Of a DNA stretch of 64,000 bases, positions 1 through 14,399 are shown in pieces. A program made the translations under genes and the position numbers. How positions within the stretch are numbered: the first letter of the stretch is position 1; every line of letters begins with the position of its first letter. The notes under the pieces are model-generated. The model did no database searches. It was not told the DNA's origin and worked only from the letters and a program-made list of their open reading frames with translations. This DNA comes from Marsupella aquatica (taxonomy: Eukaryota > Plantae > Marchantiophyta), in assembly GCA_973895155.1 (NCBI GenBank), contig OZ316891.1:3888018-3952017 (forward strand), read 5' to 3'.

Positions 1-368
1 CAGCCGCGTGGCATCAGTTCCAGCGAACACCACACTTATTGATGCTCAGTCTGGCAGAGGGCTGTCACGAGGTTCAGTGGACGGGAGTAAAATGTTTTTC
101 TTCTCTTGAACAGTAGATTGTACTGAAGGATTGGTGGAGAGTATTAATACCTCAAGAATTCAGCGCGAGACGCTATCTTTGGATTATAGAATCCAACGGG
201 CCTTCACCAATGTAGATTCATTCGGGATGTATTTGAATCAAGTATAAACAGTCATCGAGTTGATCTTCGTGAATAGATTTTTGCGCGGCACCTAGTGGGG
301 GTACAGCTTTTGTTGGCGAAGGGGAGTACATCCTTGGGACAAATCTTTTTGTCGATCTTCGATGCACC

Positions 369-2818
369 ATGGCCATAGCATCGACATCCTGGAAGGTTCA
401 GGATCAATCGACAGCTCATGACAACAAGCACATGCTCCATCTGAATGATACATTGTATAACGACTCGCTTCTGTTGTCGTCCAGATGCTTTGCGGAGTTT
501 GATCACGATCCACAGAGCTCGTCTAGTGTACTGGACTCATTAGACGACCTTCAGCAGCAGCGGTTCACTGGAAATGGAAATAGGATTTTCTTCCCAGAAA
601 CCGCAGCGCTCTCTCCTTTTACGTCTTGTGGAGTTTCCAGTGAACCTGCGCACGTACTGCAAGGATGGGTGGGGTCGTATCCTGCCAGCCAGCACCTACC
701 CACTGTGCATGAATCCTTTGGGCGTGGGTTGTCCGGCGATTATGGCTCGCTTGGTTTCAACGAGCTGTCGGAATTCTGTGGAGATTTACGACTATTTTCG
801 CAAGAGCTGGCGACCTATGCCGTCGTTCCACCCCAGAAACTCCGATGGAACGAGGGTTCGACGTTTTGTCTTGAGCCTGGAGATCCAGTGAATGTGAATA
901 ACACGATTTCCGTCGATGTACACAGCCCATCCGGACAGCGTGGAAGTTTCAATTATCCGATCCCAACCACTGCAGAAAAGTTGGCACTGGAAGGAACCGA
1001 TCTAGAGTCTCCGAGGCCACTTCAGCGTGAGAACAATCAGTTGCCTTGCCCAGTTGAGACAAGTCTGGCATCGGTGTGCTTCGATTCGACGTTGGTGGAC
1101 CATGGGTCATCAAGGAGTTTTGAACCGGAGGACACCTCTCTTCCTCAGACTCAGCCGGAGATTCTTGATGAGACCTTGTCACCGGCGGCTTGCGGGAAGA
1201 TTGGATTTCAGTCTCAATCGGTGGCGAGAGATCGAGTGCTAGATGTAACTGGAGTGAAACAGTTTAGTGAAGCGGTCTACGATTCAAAGGTGACCCTGGG
1301 CAGTCGACAGCAAAATTTCCTACAAGGTTATCAAGCTGGAGAACGTACTAGTGGTGGGAAAGCTCACAAACTTAGAAGCAAAAATCTTCGAGATCCTCCG
1401 AAGTTGAAGCAAAAATCAAAGGAACGACCATGTGCGCCGAGGAAATACCAGAGACGAAGGATAATTCATGGCGAAGATATGAAAGTTGACGTTAGCAGTG
1501 TCCCCACGCCAGTCGATCATGTTCAGAGGGAACGGCAACGGCGAGATCTTATGACGTCGAAGATTGCAGAACTGGAACTCCTGCTCCCCAAAAGCTCCAG
1601 AGTAAGTTTGCTGGATCCGTTCATCTCTTTGAACTACCTTCGCTGGTCACTTCTTCTGTTGGACAGAAAGGTTGTTTTTAGTTTCTGTGTATCGGTGAAA
1701 AAGGTTACAGTGTAGTGCGGTGTGTATCTTGCGTTGTGGGGAAGGTTTGTTCTTGTATTGCAATTCAGAATCGACGTCAGTTTGGTTGCACTTCTTTCCA
1801 GAATGGCTAGGCGGGGAATGGAACGGTGTTCTGTGAGTCCGTAGATAAGTAAGATGCTAGACAGTGGAAACCGAGACTCATCTCGCAGTGCAATCGAAAC
1901 GAACTGTGTGCTCTTTGGTGCTCTTGATCGAGCCAGTCAAACTCATATTGATTTGAAACTATGCTTTATAGAGGGACAGGGTCTCCGTGGTGTACGATGC
2001 AATTGAGCTGCTGAGGAGATTAGAGCGAGAGGTTAAGGATCTTCAAAAGAAGTTCGATGCAAAAAATCTGCGTAGGGCCAGTTTAGCACCGTCGGCGAGG
2101 CACACACAGTCGGTGGATCCAGGGAAAGTCAGCGTCCCAAAATCAACTGACTGTAACTTAAGAACGAGTGGGCATTGCTTCTCAAATGAAGTCGTCATCA
2201 AACGCTTAGGAACATACATGAAGCCAATCGACGTTCTAACTCAGCCTACAAGGGGCACAAGTGGACAATCGAGGCCAACACAAAGATACTCAATGATCTC
2301 GTCAGTTCGAAGCTTGGGGGACTGTCAAATTCGGGAACAGGAAAATGTTTTTGTTGAATTCCAAGTCCACCTAGACAATGGCGTTAGAGTGGAGCAGGAG
2401 AACCTTTTGAAGGTCCGATGCAGAAAGGACTATTTGAATACGATGATGGATTTGGTGAACGAGTTTCAGCTAGACGTCAGCACATGCAACATTGTAAAGC
2501 TATCTGGCTACTTCATTTGCGTCATGGGCCTTAAGGTTCGAACGTACACGACATAATTCCCCCACCTAGAAGGATTTTGAATGCAATTTTTGTGTTGGTC
2601 AGTTCAATTTGCAAAGCGTATTATTTGCATGGTATTCTATCTGGAAATTGATTGAGCTAAGTTGTTATTTTTCTCTGGACTCTGGACAGACACGCACAGG
2701 GAACAAGACGACTGCCGCCCTGTTTGCAGTTCGGCTAAAATCAGCGTTGATCATCGCCAGAGAATCAGTTAAAATCAGTCTATCGGGGACAAAAATGTTC
2801 AACAGGATAGAGCAGTGA
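369..2818 (+). CDS. bHLH transcription factor with C-terminal ACT-like domain; exons 369-1601, 1972-2535, 2690-2818
   Basis: Splicing AGA|GTAAGT (1602) to TTTATAG| (1971) joins DHVQRERQRRDLMTSKIAELELLLPKSSR to RDRVSVVYDAIELLRRLE, a complete bHLH with the H-E-R basic motif. Exons 2-3 encode LLKVRCRKDYLNTMMDLVNEFQLDVSTCNI...LFAVRLKSAL, which is ACT-like. The start codon and exon 3 are less certain. Confidence 0.85.
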
Positions 2819-4494
2819 GACTAGGTCCAAGGTCTTTCAAGAGACACCAAATTGCCCCTTCATACGTGGATTGCTTTCAGGCTGGTAATGGTACTGAACT
2901 TGGTTCATATCTCGGTACAGCAATTGATTCACAAAATAATAATTCGAATGAGACGTTTAGAACTATTCCTATTCGATCTGTAGCTCTCACTTCTTCAGAG
3001 TCCCTCCTGAGATGAATTATTCGCTTCTTTTTGACATGTCGATTTCTTCAGTCGGAGCTCCACAACCAAACAGATAAATTAGCCGGGGAATTAGCATTAT
3101 AGAGCAGATAGGGCCTGAGAAAGAGAGATCGAAAGTTGAGAATAGACGGCTTGCAAACAATAGAGCTTACACTTGTCCCACTCGCAAAAGTTCGAGCTTA
3201 TTTGGCTCGTACACTAGTGTCTGGGCTCGCTGGACCCCATTAATCTGAACAGTCAGTTGACGTTCAATCTGTATAAAGCATCTCATTGCTGTTCGAAATC
3301 CGCATGACAACATTGTTCCCACGCGCAGATGGTTTTTTTGTATTCGTCGTCTGGGGTCGCACTCAACGTAAACGAGCAATAAACTAGGCCATAATGTGAT
3401 AACATGCCAGCTTGATGCCATCTCCTTTGCAGGCACCGCAGTTGCCATTTCTACCGGTTGCTCATACGTACCTCGTAATCGTTAATTTGCCACAAAATGA
3501 ATTCGTCATACTTCTTCCTCCTTCATAGAAATGCTTATTAAACATATGGAATTTGACCTGGACCGGCTCTGATGGATCCAACTTATGGTTTGACTGCGCG
3601 AACCAAGTACCACTGTACGCAAAATTCTACACACCATTTACCTCCACGTTTCCATACATTTTGTAACGGAAGTGGTACCAGAAGTGAGTCCACAACCCAC
3701 TCGCTCATACTGCAGTCCTTCTGGATAGGTTGCAGAACACATCCTCTCATGTTGTTTCGTCAGGTGAAAAACAATGTATATCATGTCTTTTCTCTCTAAA
3801 TGTCATAGCTTTTTCTCTCTAAATGTCGCCGGGTAAGGACGCGAGACAAGAGTGGACCCCTGCCCGTAATCACACTTGAAAATGTGATAATACAAGGTGC
3901 GTTATTGATTTAAAGAACATAACAAGGTTTATCATGGTGTGGTGGGATCTAGTCCAAGTATATGTCATATTTTGATGTGCAGTTCCCGAGACCTAGAGTG
4001 GACATTGTTGTGTATTTTGACGATTGTTGTGTACTTTCACGATAAATGCACTTAGGCTATGAAGCATGTCAGCATGCTTCGAGGGGGCCTAGCCTATGCT
4101 AACAGGCACGGGATGGCATGGGGCCAGGGTTATTTGTTTTATAGTGTAATAATTAGTCAGTCTGAAGTACTGTCGCGCAGTCTAATGATTGCTTCGGTTT
4201 TACGAGAGATTATTTCGTCTCAAGCCCCATCATACCAACAATAAAATAGTGCACACCATTAGAGGGGATAGTGGTTGAACGTACGAGAGAAGTTATCAGT
4301 ATCACCTAAGGAAAAAAAACCCGCTTCATTCTAGCAAAGCAGAATGTCCCTTTTAAACAAAATATTCACGCTTTGCAATTTTATAAATTTTCCCCTTTGG
4401 AGATTACAGGGAACTCCTCTCAATTGTTTTAGGAATAGAATTTTCATTGACTAACCAAATTGTCATGCGTTGCTTAGCTCTTTGTTGTGGTCAC

Positions 4495-4672
4495 ATGGTC
4501 GTTGTGGTCAGGTAGGCATGATTGTGAACGTATGGTTGTGGGAAATGTCATTGTGAACATATATGGGAATTTGTCTTTCTGGACAGTGTTGTCATTGTCA
4601 ACATATGGTTGTGGGAAATGTCATTGTGAAAGTATGGTTGTGTGAATTTGTCTTTGTGGAAAGTGTTGTCTT
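4495..4672. repeat. Degenerate tandem repeat (TATGGTTGTGGGAAATGTCATTGTGAA-like units)
   Basis: Near-identical units at about 4531, 4604 and 4633, plus partial copies. Confidence 0.7.
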
Positions 4673-6514
4673 TTTGTAAATGGTATCACTACATTTTCAC
4701 ATTGTCAAATGGTTTAGATAATTGCAAGGTGAAATCAAGGGTTGTCTAATGATTGCAAGTTAAGCAGGGTTTTGGCACAATGGGTAGGGAGAGTTGACGC
4801 AAGAGCTAGAGTAAGCGTTGGAGCAAAAGCCAAAACAAGGCTAAATAAATTAGATCCAAGGCAGGTCCAAAAATGTTTTGGTTGGGAGTTGGTGGGATGT
4901 TTATTACAGAAGTACAGTAGGTTACTATCATCTTATTGATTTGTTTTTTGTTTTTATTACATGTGCGAAGACCCCTTTGAGGAGTCTCACTTGGCTGAGG
5001 AGATAGACTAGTGCTCCAAACCAGGCTCAGTGTAGACACTTGATTCTGGGAGCATCTCCCACTGTTAGTTTCAGAAGGTAGTAGACACCGAGAAACCATT
5101 TGGGCTTGCATTTTGAAATATCATCCTTGCTATAGTACATAGCATTGATATTAAAAAAAGGTAACTCATTTGCCCTATTTAGCTACAAAATAATGTTGAG
5201 TGGTAAAATACTCAGACTTCTCTCCATAAATCTGAGTATATCAAACAATCTAAAATAAAAAATGTTCCTGGCATCTTCTCAATGACACAAGGTTGTAGGC
5301 CATCCTGGCTAATTTAAAATTCCTCACAGAATTCACTGGTTCTGTCCCCATGCAAAAAGCTGTCATGATAGTGTCTCCGGAAGACGTGGAGCTTGAGGAT
5401 GTGGCCCCTTCTACTGCTATCCACAAGAGCGGCACCAATCATGGCTAGAGAGAACGAACGAGCGAACAGATGTAAATGTTCTGTCTCCGCATCACCAGCA
5501 GCCCTTTTCAGATGGAGCAAAGGCTAGCCGCCAGGCATCCATCTGTAAATCTTTCGATTGGCGGAAATCTTACTGATCTAGCTGTAGTCCGAGCGATGTA
5601 CGTCCTCATAAGTCACCCCCTGATTCAATGGGAGACCAATGTTCATAGTCGCGTGGAAGGCGAGTTTTCTGAGTTACTGTAGTTGTCTTGGTGACAAATG
5701 TGATTATTGGGATCGACCAGAGCCAAGAAACCAAGAACTGGAGAAAACCCAAGTTGATATTACTCTATTTGGAGAACAGTTTACAGGTTCTATAATCAAA
5801 CGCCAGTCAGGCACACGGTACTTACTACTTAGTAATCTCCTCCAGTCATCGATGCATTGGCTAACAAGGCCTCATATCCGACTCAGGCAAGTAACGCATA
5901 CGGTACAGCCACCAGAACTACAGCGTAAATGAAATCTGCGCCTTCCACTGTTTTCTGGCAGGGAAAAGTTTCCATTCGTATCATATTAATAAATCACAGA
6001 AGGACAAAATAATGTGACAGAAATGCCCTTGCTGCTCTTTTATGAGTGCGATTTGCTACTGGCCCCAGCATTCTACTGTACTCACATTCCAGTCCCGGCA
6101 ACAATCATCTGTAGCGGGTGAACTGCCACTCTTGAATGGCCTAGCCGTCTCTGACATTCAGCTGCGAGTCTCTGCCAAAGGCCTTTCCACTTTTTCAATG
6201 AAAAAAGCTGCTCCTCTCAGTCCTGACCTCCTGCTCTGCTAGGATACGTCAGCTCATCTGCAGTAAAGGATCACAGTCAGCCTTACTCCCCTGGATATTG
6301 AGGTTGGCAGGTCCACCTGTTCTGGAGTTTCGCTATCAAATAAAACTAGAGGATTATTTCGAGCCCAGAGCAGTTTACGTCAGTGTCATAAGTGCTTGCC
6401 AGGCCGTTATGGTTTGTAGTTTCATTGTATTAAAAACCATTCAAATTCAAAAGGCCACCATGTGCCTAGTCTCAAGTACGCTGCTATGAGCAACTAGCTC
6501 GTGCCACATGAACT

Positions 6515-6762
6515 TTACCTGCCAAGCTAGAAACGCTCTAGCCACACTGAACCCTATTACCTGCCAAGCTAGGAGAGCTGTTGTGGCAAGTACTTTACCT
6601 ACTAGCCAATCTAGAAAAGCTCTTGCCATCGAATGTAATACCTGCCAAGCTAGCAAATGTAATACCTGCCAAGCTAGCAAATGTAATACCTGCCAAGCTA
6701 GCAAATTTTATTACCTGCCAAGCTAGAAGGGCTTTTGTCCCAAGAACATTACCTGTCAAGCT
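6515..6762. repeat. Array of TTACCTGCCAAGCTAG motifs (24-48 bp spacing; exact 24-bp units at about 6633-6705)
   Basis: About 8 copies of (T)ACCTGCCAAGCTAG or close variants. They explain the repetitive ORFs (CNTCQASK, LAWQVLHL). Confidence 0.85.
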
Positions 6763-6899
6763 GACGTCAACTGGATCTCCTCAAAAGTGCACTGACACAA
6801 AACACACTCATAGCCCCGGGCTCAAGCGGTTATCCAAACAGACCATATCCATCCACACAAACCAGATTATATCCGGTTTAAATTCTCCAACATTTTAGC

Positions 6900-7920
6900 C
6901 ATTGAAAGAGTGACTTTCAATTCAAAATTCTTGAATATATTTTCATTCTAATCGTATTGAATTTTTTTCAATTAAAATATATATTTTACAAAAATTAACA
7001 ATTTACTTTTCAAATGAACATAAAATATATTTATATTAATAATTAAATTAAATTATTAATATAATTAAATTAAATTATTAACAAAATGTAAAGATTTATT
7101 TACAAGAGCCTTTTTTATGAAATAATTTTGTCTTTAAAAATATTTTTAATATAAATCGATGAACAAAATTCAACAATTTTATATTATTATATATAATTTA
7201 ATATTTTTTAATAAAATTTGTAAATTTTTTTATATATTTTTTTAAATTGTTGAAAATCATTCACCGTTTCATTTCAAAATTAAATTAAAGACAAAAAAAC
7301 ATCTTTAAATGAGGCTCTTGTAAATAATATCTATCATGATTGAAAATATAAATATTATTATTATTAAATAATTTCCTATATTAAAAACATGATATAAAAT
7401 TGTCAAATGATACAATGAAAGTGTAAATAAAACAGAATATTTGATTATCATAAATAGTAAAAACACAAAAAAATTTGACTATTTACATAACATTTGATTG
7501 TCAGAACATAATAATAACATAAAAGATACTAGACTAGTTTGTCAATTACTTTACCTTGAAATATAGAATAATTGACTAGTTATTACTATTGAATATATAT
7601 TGAAAAAGACATGATAACTATGATAGTTGACTCTCATTGAAATCATAACAAACCTGAATCAATTTATTTTGAAAACATGATCAATGATTAATCAATTAAG
7701 TAATTATAATTATGTAATCATAAAAATTATAAATAATCAAAACTAATAAATAATAAAAATTAATATATTAATATTGACAGTGAAAATTTCTTTATCTATT
7801 ATTATTATTAACTTTAATTTAAAAATATCAATTATTTTTTAATTTTTTAATGTATTATAAAATTAATTATATATGAATTAAAATTTAAACATTTAACGGA
7901 AATCATTTGTTGACTGATCT
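6900..7920. other. Extremely AT-rich low-complexity island, probably the interior of a non-autonomous TE
   Basis: Almost pure A/T, no ORFs, bracketed by repeat arrays. Confidence 0.6.
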
Positions 7921-7965
7921 CAAATTACATGTCGAATCAAGTCAAAGAAATTTCAAATGAATTAA

Positions 7966-8208
7966 AACATGTCAACGTGCAACCAACAAGAGTCATATCT
8001 GTCAGAGTACTTGGCATCTGAATCATTAGATTTCATGCCGAATCAAGTTAAAGACATGTCAACGTGCAACCAACAAGAGTCATATCTGTCAGAGGATTTG
8101 GCATCTGAATCATTAGATTTCATGCCGAATCAAGTTAAAGACATGTCAACGTGCAACCAACAAGAGTCATATCTGTCAGAGGATTTGGCATCTGAATCAT
8201 CGGATTTC
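7966..8208. repeat. 87-bp tandem repeat, about 2.8 copies
   Basis: ATGTCAACGTGCAACCAACAAGAG starts at 7969, 8056 and 8143. Confidence 0.9.
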
Positions 8209-8639
8209 AACGTGCAATCAACAACAAAGGAATTGCATGAAAATCAAGGGACTTGAACACGCAACCAAGAGGAGTCGCATGAGAATCAAGGGACTTGAAC
8301 GTGCAACCAACAACAGAACCATTCTCTGGCAGGGAAGCGCAAGAGTCAGTATGAGGAGATCTTATAGGTCAAAAAGACTCTCATGCAGCCAGTTTGGGGC
8401 CACAAACTTGGTAGTACAGGTTCCATGACGGCCCCGAATATTCTATTGCAATGTCAATATTAATATGTATTGTTTAGTAGTATATAATTAGTTGGACCAA
8501 ACGACAACTCAGGCAGAGTACACGGAAGCAATCAATGACAACAAAAGCGAATAAAAACATTACCAGTCATTATACTATCAATCAGCTTGCTAGCGAGTTT
8601 GTGGCCACTGTAGATTGAGACAAGTTGTAGAGCTCATGA

Positions 8640-11400
8640 TGTTACCTGATTCTGACTCTACAGTTGTCAAGATTGGTGTCATTGGGGCCCAACTATTTAT
8701 TCAGAAGTGAGAACCTCCATTATTTCTTTTCGAACTGGGTCGAGCTTTGGTACTCAAATCAAGGTTAGTAGCTTACAGACGAGACGCAGGCGGATGCAGT
8801 GATTTACGGCATTGAAGAGATGGGATGTAGTTACGTGGAAGGTGATCCAGCAATTGCAAGAGAAAAGAGACCTTCGTTCTAGTCGTGCATGAATTCGTAC
8901 CTGCTTCATGATTTGAAAACGAAACAACTGATCAAAGGGAGACTGTGGCTTTGATTTGCCTCCTTCAAATTCGAATCTGGGTCGACATTTGCTTCTGTTT
9001 TCCAATATTTGGATGTCCTATCCAATGAGTGTTGAACCCGTCTGATGTCGTAAACTCAGAAAATCATATAACTTGGAAATTCAATCCCAAACTCTGTTTA
9101 AATCGCGACCTACAGTAGTCGTACCTGTCGTCGGACCTGTCTCGATGAAAAATACCCGGGTCTGATTATGAGTACACTCAAATAAATTGCGAGTGCACTT
9201 CAGAGTTCCACGACCTGCAAACGCATGAGTATCAGGACAGCGCTTGTGTTAATCCGGGGTACTGTAATACAGAAAAACAATATCTGCCTTATGACCAAAG
9301 CTCAAATATAGCCTGGGGTGTTGATAGGAGATCGATACCTTGAGGGGCAAATGCCAACTCTGAGCAAAACGATTACAAACCAGATTACCAATGAGGAGCT
9401 AAGGCACTATGGACCCGCTTAAAGAGACATTCATAAGTTCTGGTGCAGTGATGGCGTCTATATTCTAACGCCATCTGCAAAACACTGACTTATCTACTAC
9501 TCTCCTGGGATACAATGCGAACTCCTAAGGACTATCTGTGAATATTTGTTGCAAAATTAAACTAACCCATTCCCAGCAACCTTAAAACAAGTTTGCCAGA
9601 ACCAATCGAACTAAGTGTCCCTACGCGCTGCAGACAGACACCTGTGAAGAAAACGAAGCACTAATATTTCTTCTGAAAATTGTTTCACGGGGTATACTGG
9701 GCAGGTAGAATCCTAGTCCACCAAAGCTTGGACAGAAATTATAGATACCAACGAGGCGGACTTAACAATATTCCAATTCCGTTCACTTGGTATTAGCTGA
9801 GTCCCAGTAGACTGCAAAAGCAGCTTCATGATGTTAGGGGTAAAGCTGGCTGTGCTTGGCAAAAGATGTCCGGGTGAAGAGATATATCATTCAACAAAAT
9901 GATCCATATCATCTACTGAATCATGAAATCTATAGTGTAGTCTAGAGCATTACCTGGATTTCGTTTATTTTGCATACAAAATGAGGACCTAACTATCAGT
10001 TGAAATGGTAAGCATGTATGGAAGTGAGGAAGATGCTTCTCATCTGGTATGTCGTAGTAATCTTGTGGATCATAAAACACCGTGGCTAAATCAATGCCGG
10101 TCTCCTAAAATCCGTGCAAACTGAAAGGTACGTAGTGTGTACACGATAGGCTGCAGTCCCAGCTCCTTATACAGCACCTGCTTCTGTGGGTCGTGGTTCA
10201 AAGGAACACGTGCAGTACAGTTCGCCATGTTTAGACAGAATACCTGTAAGTTCAACATGCAAACCATCAAAGTGGCGCACACTTATCTAATGTTCAAAAG
10301 CTAGCCTTCTAGGTCTTAAGCTGCTGGACACATCTGTTATAGAGCCGTAAGTTACTGTATTCTCAACAAGCTACTGGTCCACCCACATTTTCAGAAGCTG
10401 CACCTTTGAAAGCGGAGATAAATTGAAGTAAGGCATGACTGACACCCCTTAAAGACTTGGATCTATACCTGCACAATATATGCTGGAGCACTAATAGGAA
10501 GAATTCCCAGATTAGTGTGCTATCGTAGCTATAAAATAGCCCGCTTGAACCATTTTCTTCAGGTCCCAAGTTTCTCCTTGTGAGGTCGTTAAAACCATCC
10601 TAGACTGTTATCTGATAAAGGCAGTCTACTCACTCAACAGCAAACTTTCAGCGACGGCTGTCGGGTTGCCAACGCCTGATTCTCTCCATTCGCTGCGCAT
10701 AACAAAGTCAGAGGTACAATTAACTTTCTCATGCAACAAGGTGCTATTAACAGGACGCAATGGAGAGAACTGTCTGACGCAATGTACTGTAGTTCATTGT
10801 TTAAGTTTATGTACATTCATCATATATCAGATGCTACATAGCAATTAAGCCAGCGAATAGTTCATGTATTTTTACATTCATTTCGGATTCAAGTAATGAG
10901 AGCTATAGATTTAAACTTACGGTGCCAAATCCGTCAGCAGTTGCTGAAATCTGCGTGGGAAACACTGGAATGAAAGGAAATCAATGAAACATTTGCGGCA
11001 ATGTCTTCGCAGGAAAAGGAGAATCGCTAAGTACAGTATTCGTAAGAGTAGTTTCGTTCTAATTCTGAAATCTAGACATAGGACGGACACCCAGGACATT
11101 TTTCATGAAAACTAAAGATCCATTTGAGGACTCGACTTCTGGCTATTCCGCATTGTGTCCGCCCCATGCAAGCGAGGGGTGTTCAACCGAGCTTAGTCTA
11201 ACCACGAACGATTGTTCTGGAAGCAGTTGCGACAATGTTTTGTGTTTTTTCCTCCTACCCAACTCAATACCTCACAAACATGGCATTGGACCCATTAACA
11301 AATACTTGCCATTTTTCTCACCTGTATTACATGGCCCACAGTGCTGACGTCCCCGATTCTTAAGGGAAATTCGTCTCCTGGGCCAGTAACATCTCAGATT
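8640..11400 (-). pseudogene. Possible degenerate spliced coding locus, unidentified
   Basis: Many minus-strand CAG| and |GT(A/G)AG pairs enclose short open segments (e.g. 10921-10950; GILSKHGELYCTCSF near 10240; GPHFVCKINEIQ near 9970). I could not build a continuous frame or recognise a family. Confidence 0.2.
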
Positions 11401-11854
11401 CTACAAAAATGAGATAAACTGCGAAGACTTCTTGAACTCCTATCCTGTGACTGTGACTGTAGCATGTATGATTCGCTGGGACAGTTTTCCAGTTCTGGAT
11501 CGTGCTGCGCTTTATATACAGCAGCAACCTGAGCTCCATGAATTCGTTTTTTATTGACGTGCTTTTGTCCACGGCTACGACTCCAAAACGATCACCGACC
11601 TAGAAAGTGAAAATTCTCAAACCAAAACGAGGCGTACACATGGAATTGCTAAATTTATGCCGTACATGTCCGATCGGCAGCCAGGTTTCAGCTATGAAAG
11701 AGAGAAGGGAAAGTTCTTTGCCTGGTGATGGCTGCTCGTGAGCATCCGTTTCGGAACACGAGGGATGTTTGTTCGAGGAACGTCCCTTTGTGGTGTAAAC
11801 GTCATTCTGGTTAACTCATCGAAGTTCAGTACCGAACTCTCTGTAATTGTCGGC

Positions 11855-11982
11855 CCCCTCGAGAGGATCCGTGGCCACGCGCCCACGCCTGAAGAGTAAG
11901 AATCTGGAACAGTTTTTACCCCTCGGGAGGATCCATGGCCACGCGCCCACGCCTGAAGAGTAAGAATCTGGAACATTTTTTA
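11855..11982. repeat. 64-bp tandem duplication
   Basis: GAGGATCC(G/A)TGGCCACGCGCCCACGCCTGAAGAGTAAGAATCTGGAACA at 11863 and 11927. Confidence 0.9.
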
Positions 11983-12945
11983 CGAAAGTTAGTGGTGCCC
12001 TTACCGAACTGGGTTTCGACAGAATCGCCGCTCCTGCACTCGGCTGACGTAATACATGGAGTCAGGAACTCCTCCAGATCCCCACAGTACAGATCAACTG
12101 CCAAAGCCTACGCCTACTCTACAAGGCCATTGGTTGAACATAAGTGCTGCGGTCCTTTGCGCCTGGCGGTTTGTCTTTACGTATCTCGACAACTGAGAGT
12201 AAGCACGATCTGTGGTTCCCCAGTAATTCCGGATGCACAGAGTCACCTCACTCTTCCTTTTGTTGTTTGCCCGAGTTGAATATAATAGTATTATATCATA
12301 TTCATGATATATTATGCGAACAGGTTAACGAGAACGCAGCTGATTCTGGCTGGCAAGTTGTGACGGCTGCGTTGACGTGGAACTTGTCCAGCATTGCCAC
12401 GATGGCCCTAATTATTGCCACGATGGCCCTAATTAAAGTGAATGATACAGCAGCTTCGTTTGCAGCATGGTGGTTACGAAAATAATGCCTAAAAGTGAAA
12501 ACACTTGTGCCGTAAATGGCGGGTTACAAATTGGGGCCTGGAACATTGGTATAACGGCTGCACGAGTGTATTTTCGTGCATAGATTCTGCACGAGATTCT
12601 GTAGCTAGGGGCAGTTTCAAAGAATTTCTTCTGAGTTAATCGAAGCGTGATTAATTTCTGATTGTTCTTCAATATCTAACTGTTCATATTTGGCTCTTTT
12701 GTCATCTTTGTTTTCCCCTTGTTGTCTTGTCCTCTCCCCTTAATGCATCTCGTCCCTTTGGTTTTGTTGGGTCTTCCGTTGTTCAGTCTCCTCTTTATGG
12801 GTCTCTTGTTCAGTCCCTAGTTGGTCCTTTTTGTTTTGACTTTGGCAGTGTGAGGATTGGAGAATTCAGACCAACAAAAGACTTGACAGGGCCTTGAGAG
12901 CAAAAATAAAACCAAAAGAGGCCTCGTCTTTTTTGGGCCCCTGGT

Positions 12946-12995
12946 CCTTTTGCACCCTTTTGCACCCTTTTGCACCCTTATGCACCCTTTTGCCC
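12946..12995. repeat. 10-bp minisatellite (TGCACCCTTT) x about 4.5
   Basis: Direct reading of the sequence. Confidence 0.85.
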
Positions 12996-14399
12996 TGATG
13001 TAGTTGGACAATCCCTGCACATACACAACTCCAGCTGGGTCATGATGCTCCACAGGCTAATATTTTGTCCCTAGCTGCCTTCCCTCATGTTTTGTAGCAG
13101 CCCAGAGTATGCTTAAGTGTGCTCAAAGTTGAAAAAGGGTGCCCAAGTTTTCCAAAGGGCACCACCATTGGGGACTCTGGATTACGGGGCCCTGCAATAT
13201 TTGTTTTACACAAGGCTGAGGGAAACTTGTAACCGGAGGAGTATGAGTGACCTTCCGCAACGGCACCCTTCAGACTACTCAGGGCACCCTTCACATGGAC
13301 TACTAACTTGGGGCTGCAGCACGGCTTGAGGGAGGGCAAATGGGGACAACGCAGTAGACTGCCGGTTATTTGTGGAGGAGCTGCACCATGAGCAATCCAT
13401 GCTGGAATGGAGGACATGCATTGGAAACTATGTGGGGAAGAGGGAGTGGGGGCTCGAGTAGGTGATACACATGGTGGTAGGGACTAAGGGATAGCAAGTT
13501 CTATTTAAAAGAAGGGCTTCACTTGGGGTTTGTTTCTCTCCAGGTGCCCCATCAAGTATTTCATTGGAATTCAGACTCATGAAAATACATCCCACCAAGC
13601 GAAACTGAAATCCTGTATATTCTAAAAACATCATTCTGTTTCAAGGCAACGAAATTGAGCCTCGAAGTGTGTTATCCAACAAAAGTTAGGTCGTTTTAAT
13701 CATTCAGTAAAGCCTGAGCGTACACTCAACTAAACTGGTGCGATTGAATACAGTAATCTGATGAAGGGGGCTGGGTAGACAGTCACATTTTGCATCTCCC
13801 TTGGCTACCCATGCAATCATTGTCCTATCGAAACATCCCCATCACTCTTGCCCCAGTGTGATCTAGACATTCAACGAGATGCCCAAGCCTGGACTGAATG
13901 AGTCCAAAGTTTCAACTCGAACCGAATCTGAAATCTCCCTAGCGACCCAGTAATCGACAGCACCAATCAGGGAGAGCTTTGTGTTCCACATGGGTCAAAG
14001 TCAACGTTACAAGATTGGTGGCAATGTTCGCAGGTTGACATGCCAAGAATCAAAAGTGACGGGAACCTTGGCCTGGGCAGGTGGTAAAGCTATTGCAGTG
14101 AAGTGGGGGCTGCTAGAGCTAGAGACATACAGAACCGGATGAGCTAAGTGCCAAAGTGGGCCGTGGCTCAACTGCTACAACGAGGGCTGGCTGCCTTTTT
14201 GAATTTTGGGCAGGTGGGAGGCCTCCCTCAGCAAAAGGTTTGTATGGTAAGATCTGAACAGTTGATTTAGGGAAACACTCACTGCAGCTTTTTAAAAAGT
14301 TTTTTGTATCATTCACAACCACTTCACCTGGCAGCAAATGCGCTAAAAGGAAACGTTGGATTAGATTTGATCCTGAGAAAGGGAGAAAAGTTAGGGGGG

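Noticed and set aside
6447-8256. Repetitive ORFs (LAWQVLHL, CNTCQASK, MSTCNQQESY) as proteins
   Set aside because: They are translations of DNA tandem repeats whose unit length is a multiple of 3. The 24-bp array is open in several frames, and no domain is recognisable.
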